Positions 63,380-64,000 of a stretch of DNA of 64,000 nt are shown piece after piece (the first letter of the stretch is position 1; every line of letters starts with the position of its first letter). Origin of the DNA: Bacteroidales bacterium (GTDB lineage Bacteria; Bacteroidota; Bacteroidia; Bacteroidales; VadinHA17); the NCBI GenBank assembly GCA_003501665.1, contig DNOQ01000450.1:10340-74339 (forward strand). The letters run 5' to 3'. The translations under genes were made by a program, and so were the position numbers. The notes under the pieces were generated by a model that was not told the DNA's origin, did no database searches, and saw only the letters and a program-made list of their open reading frames with translations.

Positions 63380-63449
63380 CCCCTCTCTGCTTTGCAAAGA
63401 GGGGCTAAAAAGCTTCTCACCCCCTTCTTTTGCCTGCAAGAGAAGGGGG
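63380..63449. repeat. Two adjacent GC-rich stem-loops (REP-like intergenic palindromic unit)
   Basis: Hairpin 1 spans 63380-63404: cccctct(c)tgc ttt gca(a)agagggg. Hairpin 2 spans 63420-63449: cccccttct t ttgc ct gcaa g agaaggggg. Both are preceded by a ctcacccc-type box and stand out from otherwise AT-rich intergenic DNA. Confidence 0.7.
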
Positions 63450-63556
63450 ACGGGGGGATGAGTACATGCAAATTAGAAGAATATTTTAAGTTTTTATTAT
63501 TCATTCCTGATAGTCATATTTTATTTTATTCAAATTGTTTCCCTTTAGTTTTAAAA

Positions 63557-63587
63557 CTGAGAGGGCCGTTAGATATCGGCCCCTCAG
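63557..63587 (-). terminator. Candidate rho-independent terminator for the partial minus-strand gene ending at 63618
   Basis: ctgagagggccg (63557-63568) pairs with cggcccctcag (63577-63587), giving 11 bp, GC-rich, with one bulged A and an 8-nt loop. On the minus strand it is followed by only TTTTAAAA, so the T-tract is short. Confidence 0.4.
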
Positions 63588-63617
63588 TATCATAAAGAAT
63601 ATCAAATACAGATCATC

Positions 63618-64000
63618 TTAAAATTGCACCTCAATAAATCTTACCTCGTATGGTTTCAGTTGTATTGAGGTAAGTGGCTGTCCGACAGGCTTGCCCAGTG
63701 CATTGACTTCCACCATCTTCTTTATTACCTGGCCCGGAACAGCTGAAGAGAGCTTAACTTCTGCTGCTGATCCTTCCAGTTCGCGGAAATGAAGAAGCAG
63801 AGTTCCTTTTTCCCTGAATACGGGTCTGCTGTTAACAAGCATCGCATTCGGAGAACCTGATATTTTAAGTGTCTCCAGGGATGGTGATTTCAGCTCATTT
63901 GCACCTGCGGGGAAAGTTCTTGTCGGGAACGGATTCCTTTCACCCCATGCGTACTTTGTGGCAAAAGTGCTAGTGGTATCCTTCGTCGAGGTGACCTGGT
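63618..64000 (-). CDS. C-terminal end of a protein of unknown function (gene runs off the right window edge), probably another secreted glycan-active enzyme
   Basis: The track lists only 63618-63842. My translation shows the frame stays open upstream to base 64000 (...QVTSTKDTTSTFATKYAWGERNPFPTRTFPAGANELKSPSLETLKISGSPNAMLVNSRPVF...). The C-terminus ...SIQLKPYEVRFIEVQF resembles the C-terminal beta-sandwich tails of the GH38 copies (...KPFEIKTFKLRFKA). Confidence 0.55.
   Translation of the reverse strand, partial: QVTSTKDTTSTFATKYAWGERNPFPTRTFPAGANELKSPSLETLKISGSPNAMLVNSRPVFREKGTLLLHFRELEGSAAEVKLSSAVPGQVIKKMVEVNALGKPVGQPLTSIQLKPYEVRFIEVQF

Noticed and set aside
1-64000. Searched by eye for CRISPR arrays, tRNA/rRNA genes, SusC/SusD-like genes, regulators and defence or toxin systems
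   Set aside because: I saw no regularly spaced direct repeats and no tRNA-like T-arm or acceptor patterns in the intergenic regions. No ~1000-aa TonB-box beta-barrel ORF is present. No helix-turn-helix, sigma-factor or histidine-kinase motifs appear in any ORF. Absence cannot be proven without covariance-model or HMM scans.

Overview
The window reads as a Bacteroidota-style carbohydrate-utilisation island, based on lipoprotein-type signal peptides, TAnnTTTG-like promoter motifs and AT-rich intergenic DNA. This taxonomic call is an inference; no search was run. It is dominated by exo-mannosidase genes. I count seven GH92-type alpha-mannosidases, three closely related GH38 alpha-mannosidases, a tandem pair of distant GH38-like proteins and two GH2 beta-mannosidase-type enzymes. 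There is also a small beta-propeller hydrolase candidate, a Tat-exported alpha/beta-hydrolase and several large secreted proteins I cannot place in any family. No SusC/SusD pair, other transporter or regulator is recognisable anywhere in the 64 kb. Two separate monosaccharide-catabolism modules sit inside or beside the island. (i) At 1398-7190 a six-gene operon places a class II ketose-bisphosphate aldolase between the E1-beta and E2 genes of an acetoin/pyruvate-dehydrogenase-type complex. A cupin D-lyxose/D-mannose isomerase and a PfkB kinase follow, and no E3 is present. (ii) At 38626-41707 there is a second, non-orthologous lyxose/mannose isomerase, a second PfkB kinase and a mannitol-1-phosphate-dehydrogenase-family enzyme. 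One apparently intact IS982-like element (about 15291-16365) lies between GH38 paralogues that share near-identical nucleotide tracts. A decayed gene remnant sits at about 19.7-20.4 kb. I saw no rRNA, tRNA or CRISPR array. All family calls come from motif recognition in the supplied or own translations, not from database searches, and partial genes run off both window edges.
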